DNA of 64,000 nucleotides. It comes from Squalus acanthias (Eukaryota). The stretch is taken from assembly GCA_030390025.1 (NCBI GenBank), contig CM059432.1, forward strand, positions 7,812,001 to 7,876,000, given 5' to 3'. Numbering within the stretch: the stretch's first letter is position 1; every line of letters starts with the position of its first letter. Both the position numbers and the translations under genes were made by a program. Below are positions 10,790-23,915 of this stretch, piece after piece. The notes beneath the pieces are model-generated. The model had not been told where the DNA came from. It saw nothing but the letters and a program-made list of their open reading frames with translations, and ran no database searches.

Positions 10790-13020
10790 TGGGTTACTAA
10801 TTAGTTGGGAAAGAGGAGACATAGAGTAGGGATAAAGGGATTGTTCTCTCATTGGCAGGATGTGACAAGCGGTGTTCCCCCCGGGATTTGTACTAGAGGC
10901 TTAGGGGGAAAAATTAAGTCGGGCCCCCTTTGGGGCGCTAACTTCGCCGGGGCACTACTTCCCGAAACAATTAGCGCCCCTGCAACCGAAATTGAATGGT
11001 AGTGCCCCAAGAGGGAAGCGGGGTGCTACTGGAAGCGCCCTGCCACCCTCTTGGGGCGCTGCGAGGGAATATCGCGGCGCTACGTGCTGCAGCGCCACAC
11101 ATGTCGCGCCACGGTACTGCAGGCCTTCTTCCCCTTCTTAAAGGGGAGGGGCCTTGCGCAGCGTGACCCGGGGCCCAGCTGGGCCACCAGGGATTGGAGT
11201 GCCGGCAAAAGAGCCCAGCACTCAAGAGAAGTACCGGGCTCATGGAGCGCAGCCGGCACTCTGCGGGGGGGCTTCACAGAAGGGCAGGGCACGGCAAAGC
11301 GGGCAGGCGCTGGCAGGCGGCCAACAGCAAAAATGGCCGCCCGGCACCTCGCCTTTAATTAGTACCACCCCGGCCGCAGGTAGGCCCTCCTGACCCTGTT
11401 GGACATAGCATCCGGCGGTAAGTCAGGGGGCGCTACTGAAGATCGCGGCCGGGACATGGGTGAGGCGCTGCGCACGGCGATAACGTCATTGCCGGCGGTT
11501 TGCAGCGCCACAGGGCGCCAACGGTTACCGCCGCCGCTAACCTCCCGCTCGGCTCGGCTCGGGCGCTAGTTGATGTGCTCCCCATTAGCGCCCTTGTAGG
11601 GCGCTAACGGGAGGCGCAAAGCAACCGAATTTTCCCACTTAGGTTTTAACCATAGATATTAATGGCTTGGATGAAAGAATGGAGATCTGTCTATCCACGT
11701 TTGCAGACGGCACTAAGTTAGCAGGCACAGTAAGTTGTGTGGACGAGTGCAGCAAGTTATACTAAGAGACATGGACAGGCTATGAGTGGGCAAAACTATG
11801 GTAGATGGAGCTCAATGTGGCAAAGTGTGAGGTCATTCATTTTGGATCCGGGAAAAACAAATCAGAATACTTTCTTGATAGGGAGAGACTCGGAGCTGTG
11901 GAGGAGCAAAGGAATTCAGGTGTCCATGTATAGAAATCACTAAAGCTAGTGTGCAGGTACAAAAAGCAATCAAAAAGGAATTCAAAAGTAAGGAAGTTGT
12001 ACGGAACCTTGGACAGACCCCATCTGGAGCGCACCATATTGTTTTGGGCACCGAATATCAGGAAAGATATATTGACCTTGGAAGGGGTACAGTGTTGATT
12101 CATCAGAATGATATCAGGGCTTAAAGTGTTAGAAAGAAAGGAAGAAAGAAAGACTTGCATTTATATAGCGCCTTTCACTGGACGTCCCAAAGCGCTTTAC
12201 AGCCAATGAAGTACTTTTTGAAGTGTAGTCACTGTTGTAATGTGGGTTAAAATATGGGGGACATGTTGCAGAAACTTGTTTTGTATTCCCTTGAGTATAG
12301 ACGGTTGAGGGGTGATCTAATTGAGGTGTTTAAAATGATAAAGGGATTTGATAGGGTGGATGGAGAGAAATTAGTTCCTCTGGTGGCGGAGTCCAGAACA
12401 AGGGGGCACAACCTTAAAATTTGAGCTAGGCTGTTCAAGGTGATGTCAGGAAGCACTTCTTCACACAAAGGGTGGTGGAAATCTGGAAACTCTCTCCCCC
12501 AAAAGGCTGTGGATGCTGGGGGTCAATTGGAGCTTTCAAGACTAAGGCGTGTAAATGCAGTTAGGGTAAGAACATTAGAACATAAGAAACAGGAGCAGGA
12601 GTCGGCCATTCGGCCCCTCGAGCCTGCTCCACCATTCAATAAGATCATGGCTGATCTTCTGCATCAACTCCACTTTCCTGCCTGATCCCCATATCCCTTG
12701 ATTCCCCATGAGTCCAAAAATCTATCAATCTCTGTCTTGAATATACTCAACGACTCAGCATCCAAAACCCTCTGGGGCAGAGAATTCCAAAGATTCACAA
12801 CCCTCCGAGTGAAGAAATTTCTTCTCATCTCAGTCCTAAATGGCCGGCCCCTTATCCTGAGACTATGCCCCCTAGTTCTAGACTCTCCAGCCAGGGGAAA
12901 CAGCCTCTCAGCATCTACCCTGTCAAGCCCTGTAAGGTGCAGATCAGTCACGATCTAATTGAATGGCGGGACAGGCTCAAGGGGCGGAATGGCCTACTCA
13001 CGTTCCTATGTTCCTATGTG
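10790..13020 (+). mobile_element. Degenerate CR1 RT-to-3' end with nested insertions
   Basis: RT motifs (VTSGVP, FADGTKL). Interrupted by a MITE (10904-11638), a SINE tail (~12132-12245) and an antisense CR1 3' end (~12570-12935). Confidence 0.85.
10904..11638. mobile_element. Harbinger-type MITE, GGCGCTAA-rich family
   Basis: TIRs GGGGGAAAAATT/AATTTTCCCAC and 3-bp TSD TTA. Removing it restores CR1 sequence. Confidence 0.88.
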
Positions 13021-13421
13021 TAGATGGGGGTCACTTGTCGTGCTGTGGGGGTTGGGTGGGTGAAAGAGAGCTTTACAGTATGAGCAACTAAACCATGCAG
13101 AATATCTGTGGTCTCCTGTGCTTTGCATAATCTGTCATCGAGAAGGAGTTGCCCTTGAAGAACACACCCATGCTATGAAGATGGAAGACGTAGTACCACA
13201 TTGCATATTTATGTAGTTACTATGAGGTGGAAGGGTTTCAATAAACTCTTAAGACATCCTGCCTTGTAGGAGCGATCAGTTTTAAAACTTTATTCTCCTA
13301 GTCCGCTGGACAAGCAGCACTTTGTATCCGAATGAACTTCTTAACTTGATGCTTCACCCCCTCCTTCCGGCACCTCCCTACATATCCTCCCAAAACATCA
13401 ACAAGTACATTTAAATTCAAT

Positions 13422-14171
13422 GGGCCGGATATTCCGATCCCTACGGGTGTGTACGCGCTGTGTACCCACCTGTAGGGACTTTGGAAATGCTGGTTTCAGG
13501 CATGCACTGCGCATGCGCTGGAAACCGGCATTTCCGATCTGTCAAGAAAGCTCTTGACAGATCCTCCGGCTGCCCTGGAGAAGGGCCTCTGCGGGCGGAT
13601 AGTTCCGCTTTTTGGAGACCCTCCGCCCGCAGAAAACCCTTACAATTCTTGCGCCTGGTAAAAGCAGGCGTAAGGCCTACTTTTACCAGGATAAGAGTTG
13701 AAAAAAGTAAAAAAAAAAAATTCCACTGATTTATCATTTAAAAATACTTTTAAAAAAAGGTAAGTTTAGCCCCGTAAAAAACTTTAATTATCTTTTTCAA
13801 AAATTTAAAGTTTTGTTTAAAATAGTTAATTTATTGTACTTTCAAGTCATTTTAAAAATGTGATTTAAAAATAATATATTTAAAGTTTTACTATGTTTTG
13901 GGGGTGATCTCCCTTCATATATTTGACAGGTCTTCCTGTCAAATGTATGAAGGGAGATTCCCTTCTGTGATTGGCTCCCCATGGCCCACGTGATCCCAGG
14001 GACGTTGCGAACTACCTGCGCCCCTGGGATACGTGGGCCCTGCGCACCAGCAGTTTGGAGAGGCCCAGCATCGGAACTGTGCGCCTCCCGGGAGCCCTCA
14101 GGTAAGGACGCAGATTTTTCCAGATCGCGGCCCTCCGCCCGCGGGAGGCCCGCGATCGGACTTTCTGGGCC
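13422..14171. mobile_element. Harbinger-type MITE with AT-rich centre
   Basis: Termini GGGCCGGATATT/CTTTCTGGGCC and TSD AAT. Related copy at 50685-51437. Confidence 0.85.
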
Positions 14172-14461
14172 AATATGAAATGAAGCAGTTATTTTATATT
14201 TAGAGATTCCTGTTTAACCCTTTAAAACTGACTCATGCATAAGACGGGAACAAACCGCCAGGTAACAACTCTTGACGGTGCGAGTAATTATTTCAACTTA
14301 CGCGGTTTTCAGTACAAATGAACTTAGATGATGTGTCAAGATCATTTCGATCATACCTTCCTTATAAATGGTACGGACGAGCCAGATAGGCAATTACATC
14401 TTCAAGGATAGTTGAGCTGAGAGAGACGAGGGAAGAGGTTCGTGAGGCACTGACAATCATT

Positions 14462-15005
14462 GGGGGGAATTTTAACCTAAAAAACGGGTGGATTGGGGTC
14501 GGGTGGAAAGCTAAAGTGTTAAAAATCTGAATCTTGACTTGACGCCGCCTCCAATCCGCCCACTTCCGGTTGTAACGGAGGCGGGACGGGGGTGTGGGCA
14601 GCCAATTCGCTGCCAGGAGGCAGGCCATCTATTTAAATATTATAATGAGGCTGGAAGCCTCTTCTTTAACCTCCATTTTGTATTTAATTTTGCTGGTCGG
14701 GTTTTTGCACACCTCGTGAAACCCTGCCAGCTAATGCAAGGCGAGGACTGCTGGATCCAGAAGGTAAGTGCCTTTACACTGACCTCCTGAATCCAGGGTC
14801 GCTGACTAACCCACCCCCCCCACCCCCCCGCGATCGGAGACACCCCCCCAACCACCCGAGACCTCCGATCCCACTACAAGGACACCCCCCAACCACCCTG
14901 AGACCTCCGATCCCACCACGAGGACACCCCCACCCTTCCCCCCCCCACCCTTCCCCCCCCCCCACCCCGGGCCTCCGATCCTCCCCACGGTGCCTCCCCC
15001 CCACG
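14462..15005. mobile_element. Partial Harbinger-type MITE with a short ~39-bp tandem repeat
   Basis: Starts GGGGGGAATTTTAAC. ACACCCCCCAACCACCCGAGACCTCCGATCCCAC is repeated at 14840-14930. No right TIR seen. Confidence 0.55.
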
Positions 15006-15394
15006 TGCGAAACGTGATTTAAGGAATGTGACGGGTGTTTCCATCTTTCATGTGACACAAATGACATTTACTTGATTGTGTCTCATGGGAGGATCATGGC
15101 GGACGTCCTCATTTACCGCATGAAGTCAAACATTTTAACCTTGGCAATTATTGTTTATTTTGATATCTGCAATTTGCTGCAACCATCACAAAGCTCATTG
15201 CACTGTGTACGGATGTGGAAGAATTCCCTGCTCCTTTCAGCTGCCTGCTCATAATGGAAAGAAGAGACAAAACCTAAAAATCCTCCACCCATGTGTACTG
15301 CTTCTGATTCTTAACAGCTCTCTGTGCGGACCCATTCTCAGGTATCAGTCCTTGCACACACCCATTGCAGATATTCATTATAATGCACTCCTCA

Positions 15395-15655
15395 CGTGAT
15401 CTCTGTGCTCCTCTAACTCTGGCCTCATGAGCATCCCTGATTTTAATCGCTCCACCATTGGCGGCCATGCCTTCAGCTAGCTAGGCCCTGAGCTCTGGAA
15501 TTTCCTAACTAAACCTCTCCGGCTCTCTACCTCTCTCTCCCCCTTTAAGACGCTCCTTAAAACCTACCCCTTTGACCAAGCCTTTGGCTGCCTGTCCTGA
15601 TATCTCCTTTTGTGGCTCGGTGTCAAATTTTGTTTGATAATCGCTTAATAAATGC
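15395..15655 (+). mobile_element. L2 3' fragment
   Basis: Similar to 19800-20050. Confidence 0.8.
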
Positions 15656-16304
15656 CTAAGGCACAGATCCCGGCTAACATGAGCAGGACTGCCAGATGCC
15701 TCCATCAGCGCTGCGCCGCGACTTGTCAACAGGAAATGTCAGTCACCTCTTCGCTGCGCTTTCATAGGTCACTATCCCACAACAAGTAAAGGAACACATT
15801 TCCTCGCATTGCCATTCAGCTGCTTACAGGAAAGGGTATAATGTGCACCTCCCCCCTCCCCACCGCCCCCCACTCCCTCTCCTCCTAAAGCATGACGTGC
15901 GCTGGCATCGGAGCAAAGCATTCCACACTCAGTGGGTGCACTGAAACTATATCCCGCTCCACCTCAATGCTTAGGATTCCAGCGTTGCTGTCGTGAGCAC
16001 TGCAGAGCTCTGCTGACGGTGGCAATTGTGAGGGTGAAAAAAGAAAACAAATCCGTCTTTGTTTCAGCACAAGAGCACATGCAGCCCTCATGAGGACTGA
16101 ACGGAAACAATAGGTCCTCTGAAAACTCCTTGAAAGCTGGTCACATCTCAGTACACAAACACAAGTTCAATAACTCAATACTGTAATTCAATAATCTTCA
16201 GTAAACATGTGGGTCATGGCTAGATGTCAAGTCGCATTTATTTTCAGAGAGACTCAGTGTGGTGGAAGAAAGGAAAAAGCAACTTGTTTCAGTGCATCTC
16301 ACGG

Positions 16305-16640
16305 CGCATCCGTCTTTCGGATGAGACGTTAAACCGAGGCCCCGTCTGCCCTCTCAGGTGGACGTAAAAGATCCCACGGTCACTATTTCGAAGAAGAGCA
16401 GGGGGGGGAGTTCTCCCCGGTGTCCGGGGCCAATATTTATCACTCAACCGACATCACTAAAACAGATTATCTGGTCATTATCACATGGCTGTTTGTGGGA
16501 GCTTACTGTGCACAAATTGGCTGCTGCGTTTCCTACATTACAACAGTGACTGCACTTCAAAAAGTACTTCATTGGCTGTAAAGTGCTTTGGGAAGTCCTG
16601 AGATCATGAAAGGTGCTATATAAATGCAAGTCTTTCTTTT
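16305..16640 (+). mobile_element. Deu-domain SINE, 5' truncated
   Basis: Core and tail match the other copies. Confidence 0.85.
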
Positions 16641-16877
16641 AAAATAATTATCTTAGCTCCATTCATTGTAATGAGGCTGAAATCTGCCTCACAGTTTTCC
16701 TGAAACAAAAACACTCGAGCTTCCAATGGCATAATATTTCCTCTTTGTTGTTATTCTCTTCCCCATCTTCTTTGTTCATGATTCTATTAAACAGTTAATT
16801 CATCTTTCATTTTCCAGTCTCAAAGGACCCAGCCGAAATCGTCCACTATTCTCTCCACAGATGCTAACAGATTGTTT

Positions 16878-17423
16878 CCACCATCTACAAGGCACAAGTA
16901 AGGAGTGTGATGGAATACTCTCCACTTGCCTGGATGAGTGCAGCTCCAACAACACTCAAGAAGCTCGACACCATCCAGGACAAAGCAGCCCGCTTGATTG
17001 GCACCCCATCCACCACCTTAAACATTCAATCCCTCCACCACCGGCGTACCGTGGCTGCGGTGTGTACCATCTACAAGATGCACTGCAGCAACTCGCCAAG
17101 GCTTCTTCAGCAGCACCTCCCAAACCCGCGACCTCTTCCACCTAGAAGGACAAGGGCAGCAGGTGCATGGGAACACCACCACCTCCAAGTTCCCCTCCAA
17201 ATCACACACCATCCTGACTTGGAAGTATATCGTCATTCCTTCATCGTCGCTGGGTCAAAATCCTGGAACTCCCTCCCTAACAGCATTGTGGGAGCACGTT
17301 CACCACATGGACTGCAGCGGTTCAAGAAGGCGGCTCACCACCACCTTCTCAAGGGCAATTAGGGATGGGCAATAAATGCTGGCCTTGCAGTGACGCCCAC
17401 ATCCCATGAACGAATAAAAAAAA
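16878..17423 (+). mobile_element. 3' fragment of the tRNA-headed LINE family
   Basis: MEYSPLAWMSAAPTTLKKLDTIQDKAARLIG is nearly identical to ORF 57168-57863. Ends in an A-rich tail. Confidence 0.92.
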
Positions 17424-18900
17424 TCAATTTGACATATTGGCATATTTGACATATAGCCAAATAATGCTTTATTATTATTATTCAGCATTATTATTATAAT
17501 GAATCTTTAACGTCAGAGATGATCTATGAAAGCTACTCAATAAAATGGCATAGAATGTACAGCACAGAAACAGGCCGTTCGGCCCCACTGGCCTCCCCAC
17601 GCGAGACTCCTCCCAACCTAATTCATTTTTAACGTATTGTAGAGTAGTTTTCAATGGACTAGTTGTCAAAGGGCTCTTCAAACAGTCCGTCTGGAATTAG
17701 TATAATCAACTCTCTTCAAAAGGTAACAAATTGGCCTCAGCTGTGTGTGAACATTATTTGCATCTGGTAACTCCAGCTCCCGAAAATACAGCCCTATAGT
17801 TTGAATCCTGGGATCGCCGTGGTCGGATTGTCAATTGTGAATATTTTGTAAGTTGGTTGCGAGCGACAAAAATTTTGCTCCCACATCAAAAGAGATCAGA
17901 TGAATAAAGAAATATTGCTGGTAATTTTAACCCAACTCGTTTGGGATTATCCAATTCACGGCCTGAGGGTCAGGTCTGATTTACAAGCTTCGGTTGTCCA
18001 ACCTTCAAAGCACGAGTTCCCAATCAATCATTTCTTATTGTTGCGCACGAGTGCCTAAAGCGAGCTTCTTCTGCTGCTGGCTTCAACTTTCTAAAATTCA
18101 CAGGACTGGAGAGTCAGAATTTTTTTTTTTCCTTTGGTTGGTGGACCAAGGCTCCTCCTTCTTTGGTGGGCTTCCCAACAAGTGTGGGAATGTTCTATTG
18201 CGAAGGAAAGCGATTGCGTTGTCGTTGAACATGCAGCTCAAACCTGACCGTCTCTGACATAAAAAAAAGTTTCGATGATGAATGGTCCATTCACTCGCTC
18301 CAAACAGTTGGACATCTGTGCTTTACACGCTGGTTGGGTCAGAAGAAAGAGAAGTGGGATCTTTCCTCTGCAAAAAAAAAGGGTTACATGACCTGGAAAG
18401 AGCTGAACAAATGAAAAAAAAAAGATTAAAGACACTTCCGAACTTTATGAACTGTCAACCGGATGATTTAAGATCAACTGTCATTAAGAATGACGTATAT
18501 ATCTACAGACACTGAAGAACCGCTTGTAGTGGACGTTTAGTTCCATGCTTGTCCGTGATTTGTCACTTTCTGTCAGATTTATCAATTAGATAATAATTGA
18601 CCAAACTGAAGCAATTACCAGTTTAATGATACTTTTATAACTTACTCTAAGGGTCAATGAAAATTGCAGCAACTCCACATTAAACTAACAGCCTTCCCAT
18701 GTTGAAGTAGATGAGGTGACTGTAGAGGTGATCTCGCTCCTAAATGGAAGCCACACGGAATGGAACTGAAGGTTGCAGAATCGCTCTGCAGTATATTACA
18801 GCCCAATCAGCCACCCACCCTCCCTGCAAGTGTGGCTGCCCTGCGGGCAATGTGGAATCGTGGGATCACCCCTAATATCTCCCATACTGGCAGGTTCAAT

Positions 18901-19168
18901 GGGGGCGAATTTAACCCTACTCGCTCAGCGGAAACCCGGCGGGCGGGTAGTTAAAATCGCCCTGGGCTCTTGCCTGTCCGAAAGCCGCCATGATCGCAAC
19001 CTTCGCAATTTTAACCTGCTCTCCTGAGCGGGCAGCAAGGACAAGCGCCCGGAGCCAACCGGGTCCTTCTTCACAAATGCACGTTGCGGCCCGATGACAT
19101 CATTGAGACCCGACTGTGATTTTAACTCGGGCCTAAGCGGGGAATCCACCTGGAGTTAAAATCGGGGC
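18901..19168. mobile_element. Short Harbinger-type MITE
   Basis: GGGGGCGAATTTAAC...GTTAAAATCGGGGCC. A second copy at 53606-54160 is split by a CR1 fragment. Confidence 0.7.
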
Positions 19169-19449
19169 CGTTACTAACTACATCAGTTATTGATGAATTA
19201 ACTAGTTTCCTGGACAGCAGCTCCGTGAATATACATCTGTAAAATACAAAAGATTGATAAGAACATTTATTATTTATAACTATAATGTCTTACTCACAAC
19301 AGGACAACAGAATGCCTGATAAGGTGCCTTTTACGAATGCTGCACTAGATGACACAGGGCGCTTCAGTTGCAGTCAGTATTAAAGCTGAAATATCCCTTT
19401 TTTCAGGGAACTAAACCAGGAATATCAACCCTCTTAGGTTTGTCTGAAT

Positions 19450-20120
19450 TCCGTAACATCGCCCGTCTCCGCCCCGCCTCAGCTCATCTGCTGCTGAAAC
19501 CCTCATCCATGCCTTTGTTATCTCTAGACTTGACTATTCCAACGCACTCCTGGCTGGCCTCCCGCAGTCTACCCTACGTAAACTTGAGATCATCCAAAAC
19601 TCGGCTGCCCGTGCCCTAACTTGCACCAAGTCCCATTCACCCATCACCTCTGTGCTCGCTGACCTACACTGGCTCCCAGTTAAGCAACACTTCGATTATA
19701 AAATTCTCATCCTTGTTTTCAAATCCCACCGTGGCCTCGCCCCTCCCTATCGCTGTAATCTCCTCCAGCCCCACAACCACCACCCCCCCAACCCCCACGA
19801 GATATCTGCGCTCCTCTAATTCTGCCCTCCTGAGCATCCCTGATTATAATCGCTCACCCATTGGTGGCCGTGCCTTCTGTTGCCTCGGCCCTAAGCTCTG
19901 GAATTCCCTGCCTAAACCTCTCCGCCTCTCTACCTCTCTTTCCTCCTTTAAGACGCTCCTTAAAACCGACCTCTTTGACCAAGCTTGTGGTCACCTGCCC
20001 TAATTTCTCCTTATGTGGTTCGGTGTCAACTCTTTTTTGCCTTATAACACTCCAGTGAAGCACCTTGGGACATTTAACTGCGTTAAAGGCGCTATATAAA
20101 TACAAGTTGTTGTTGTTGTT
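19450..20120 (+). mobile_element. L2 3' fragment
   Basis: RNIARLRP...IGGRAFCCLGPKLWNSLP and a (TTG)n tail. Confidence 0.9.
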
Positions 20121-20164
20121 ATTTTGAAGTGAAATGAAACAAACAAAATCTTTATTCTTCCATC

Positions 20165-20565
20165 AAAGGGCATGTACCTAGAATTTACAGCACAGAAAGA
20201 GGCCATTCGCCCCATCTTATCCATGCCGGTGTTTGTGCTTCACACGAGTGTGGTTCCAGCACCGATCCCTGTGGAGCCGCACACGGACTGCAGCGGTTCA
20301 AGAAGGCGGCTCACCACCACCTTCTCAAGGGCAATTAGGGATGGGCAATAAATGCTGGCCTTGCCAGCGATGCCCACATCCCATAAACGAATTAAAAAAA
20401 ACACCACTTCCCACCTTTTGCCAGTCTGAGCAGCTGCCCTTAACCCTCTTAATCACTGCTTTCTGTTTTTGTAGCCAGCTTGCTATCCATTCTGCTACTT
20501 GTCCCCTCACTCCACACGCTCTGACCTTAGTCATGAGTCTACTGTTATCGAAGACTTTTCGAAAA
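20165..20565. mobile_element. Cluster of short LINE fragments: CR1 tail, tRNA-headed LINE tail (20268-20400), CR1 RT piece
   Basis: Each piece matches a longer copy elsewhere in the window. Confidence 0.75.
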
Positions 20566-21076
20566 TGCAAGGGATCAAGAGGTAGTGACTGGCCTGTGGT
20601 GCTGTGAAAGGGATGGAGGGCGTGTGCCTCGAGGATGTGAGATTTGAAGATAGCTGCTGAATGCAAAATGGGCAGGGCTGGATGAGGAGTGAAGGAAGTT
20701 ATTGATAAGAAGAATGAATCGAGTGAGAGAGATTGCGGAACCTTGGAGATCCGCTGCTGTAATGAGAAAATGTCAAAGGATGAGTCATAAACTGGAGCAG
20801 CTTGACAGGACACGACAGAACCCTCAGTAAAGCCTTAGTGGAGGAACATGTAATGGTCATTTGCTCAGAATTGTCATGGTGTCAGATTCTGTCAAAGGCT
20901 TTAGAAATGATTAAAGCTTGACAAATGATTCTTGCCAAATGTCCAAGAGCAGAGTTCCAGTCGTTTGTAACTAAACCAGGATTATATCAACCCTGTAGTT
21001 AAAACGATATTGGCCAGATTGCTGCTTCTCCCCTTTTTAGAAATTATATAATTTAAAATACCCGGCCTAATACAGA

Positions 21077-21318
21077 TGTCAGCCGTGGCTCAGTGGGCAG
21101 TGCTCTCGCCTCTGAGTCAGGAGGAGAGTTGAGGAAATATCTAGGCCGGCACTCCCAGCGCAGTGCTGAGAGAGAGCGCTGCGCTGTGGGAGGTGCCAGC
21201 TTTTGTTAAACCGAGGTCCCGTCTGCCCTCACAGGTGGATGCAAAAGATTACACAGCACTATTCGAAGAAGAGCAAGGGGTGGCCTTGGCCGATGTTCAT
21301 CCCTCAACCAACATCACT
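21077..21318 (+). mobile_element. Deu-domain SINE, 5' part
   Basis: Head GTCAGCCGTGGCTCAGTGGG and body match the full copies. Confidence 0.8.
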
Positions 21319-21368
21319 GGCGAGTGGACGAAACTGTGGCAGATGGATTTCACTGCTGGTATGTGTGA

Positions 21369-22306
21369 ACTTACAGGAGAACAGCGACCACGACACCACA
21401 CAACCCTGCCACGGCAACCTCTGCAAGACATGCCAGATCATCAACACAGATACCATCATCACACGTGAGGACACTACCCACCAGGTACATGGCACATACT
21501 CATGTGACTCGGCCAACGTTGTCTACCTCATACGTTGCAGGAAAGGATGCCCCGGAGCATGGTACATCGGCGAGACCATGCAGACACTGCGACAACGTAT
21601 GAACGGACACCGCGCAACAATCGCCAGGCAGGAGCGTTACCTCCCAGTCGGGGAACACTTCAGCAGTCAAGGACATTCAGCCTCCGATCTTCGGGTAAGC
21701 GTTCTCCAAGGCGGCCTTCGAGACACACGACAACGCAAAATCATCGAGCAGAAACTGATAGCCAAGTTCCGCACCCATGAGGACGGCCTCAACCGGGATC
21801 TTGGTTTCATGTCACGCCACATGACGTAGAGTCATCCAGACTTGAGTCGTCGTTGGCTTGTTCACAGATGCGGCCGGACCTGCTGTGATTTCCAGCAAAA
21901 AAAGTAAAAAGTTTAAAGTTTTTGGTTTTCCATACAGACTGCAGCATCTGCCACATTAGACCCCTTGTGACCCCACCTCATTGTCTTTGTTGTATTTTGC
22001 TATCATCTTTGATGTAATGTCTTCCTGACTGACCTGGTTGGATTTGATTGCCGTGATTGTCTCTCTGCCGAGGTGTGATAAAGGGCAGTTAGAAAGATTA
22101 ACTGTAATCGTCTGGCATTGTTCTCTGCACAGGCATTGATCTCTGTCTATATATGCTGTGCCCATTTGTATTTCTTCACTTCACCTGACGAAGGAGCAGC
22201 CGCTCCGAAAGCTTGTGATTTCAAATAAAGCTGTTGGACTATAACCTGGTGTTGTGCGACTTCTCACTTTTGTCCACCCCAGTCCAACACCGGCATCTCC
22301 GCATCA
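21369..22306 (+). mobile_element. 5'-truncated Penelope-like element: GIY-YIG endonuclease region plus pseudo-LTR
   Basis: CKTC...SCDSANVVYLIRCRKGCPGAWYIGETMQTLRQRMNGH...GLN. 12-bp TSD TGGTATGTGTGA at 21357-21368 and 22307-22318. Inserted into a CR1. Confidence 0.93.
22181..22218 (+). ncRNA. Minimal type I hammerhead ribozyme motif
   Basis: TCAC-CTGACGA-A-GGAGC..GCTCC-GAAA-GC-TT-GTGA: conserved cores, stems I and II, palindromic AAGCTT helix III. Confidence 0.8.
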
Positions 22307-22318
22307 TGGTATGTGTGA

Positions 22319-23540
22319 GGTCCTCCAGTTTGAACCAAAAAAAAAAAATTTTTATATGGTGAAAATCTAGGAACAATGGAGGTCCAAAGAGATTTAACGG
22401 TCCATGTACACAGATCATTAAAAAGTAGTAGTCAGGTATAAAAAAAAATTAAAAAAGCCTAATGGAATGTTATATATCTAGAGGGCTAGAATATAAAAGG
22501 GAGGAAGTTTTGCTACAACTATACAAAGCCCTGGTTAGACCACATCTGGAGTACTGTGTACAGTTCCAGGCACCACAACTTAGAAAGGATATATTGGCCT
22601 TGGAAGGGGTGGAGCACAGGTTCACCAGAATGATACCAGGGCTCCAAGGGTTAGATTATGAGGAGAGCTTACATAAACTAGGCTTGTAGTCCCTGCAATA
22701 TAGAAGGTGATTTGGTTGAGGTTTTTAGATTTTGAAAGGAATTGATAAGATAATTGATTGGTGGGGGGAGTCTAGGACAAGGGGACATAACCGTAAAAAT
22801 CAGAGCCAGGCCATTCAGGAGAGAAGTTAGGAGGCACTTCTTCACGCAAAGGCTGGTAGAAGTGTGGAACTCGCTCCCACAAAATGCAGTAGATGCCAGC
22901 TCAATTAATAATTTTAAATCTGAGATCAATAGATTTTTTGCTAGCCAAGGGTATAAAGGGATATGGAGCCAAGACAGGTAAATGGAGTTAGGATACAGAT
23001 CAGCCATGATCTCAATGAATGGAGGAACTGGTTCGAGATGCTGAATGGTCTACTCCTGTTCCTATATTCTGTTCCAGAATGATAACCAGACTCCAAGGGT
23101 TAAATTATGAGGAGAGATTACACAAATTAGGGTTGTATTCCCTAGAATTTAGAAGGTCAAGGGGTGATCTGATCGAAGTCTTCATGATATTAAGGGAACA
23201 GATAGGGCAGATAAAGAGAAACTATTTCCGCTGATTGGGAAGTCTAGGGCCAGGAGGCATAGTCTAAATATTAGAGCCAGATCCTTCAGGAGTGAAATTA
23301 GGAAACACTTCTACACACAAAGGGTGGCAGAAGTTTGGAACTCTCTTCCACAAATGGCTATTGATTGTTAATTTTAAATCTGAGATTGATAGATTTTTGC
23401 AAGCCAAGGGTGTTAAGGGATATGGAGTCAAGGCGGGTAAATGGAGTTAGGATACAGATCAGCGATGATCTCATTGAATGGCGGAAAAGGCTCGAGGGGC
23501 TAAATGACCTACTCCTATTCCTCTGTTCCTATGTTCCTAT
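22319..23540 (+). mobile_element. Two tandem CR1 3' fragments
   Basis: LYKALVRPHLEYCVQF. Two 3' ends at ~23065 and ~23538. Confidence 0.88.
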
Positions 23541-23544
23541 TTTC

Positions 23545-23912
23545 ACAGTGCTGCTTGTGGGACCTTGCTGTGCGCAAAATTGGCTGCTGCGTTTCCTACA
23601 TCACAACAGTAACTACACTCCAAAAGTATTTCATTGGCTGCAAAGCACTTTGGGACATCCTGAGGTTGTGAAAGGCGCTATACAAAGAAAAAAAAGAAAG
23701 ACTTGCATTTCTATAGCGCCTTTCATGAACACCAGGCATCCCAAAGCACTTTACAGCCAATGAAATACTTTTTGAAGTGTAGTCACTGTTGTAATGTAGG
23801 AAATGCGGCAGCCAATTTGCGCACAGCAAGCTCCCACAAACAGCAATGTGATAATAACCAGATAATCTGTTTTTTGTTATGTTGATTGAGGAATAAATAT
23901 TGGCCAGGACAA
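23545..23912. mobile_element. Two tail-to-tail Deu-SINE fragments
   Basis: Plus-strand tail at 23545-23685 and minus-strand copy at 23690-23912. Confidence 0.8.
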
Positions 23913-23915
23913 TAT

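Noticed and set aside
19409..20994. ~25-bp imperfect direct repeat AACTAAACCAGGA..TATCAACCCT at ~19409 and ~20969
   Set aside because: The enclosed sequence is a mix of unrelated fragments, so I cannot support it as the TSD of one element.
21203..21829. 208-aa ORF as a novel fusion protein
   Set aside because: Chance read-through across SINE, CR1 and Penelope fragments.
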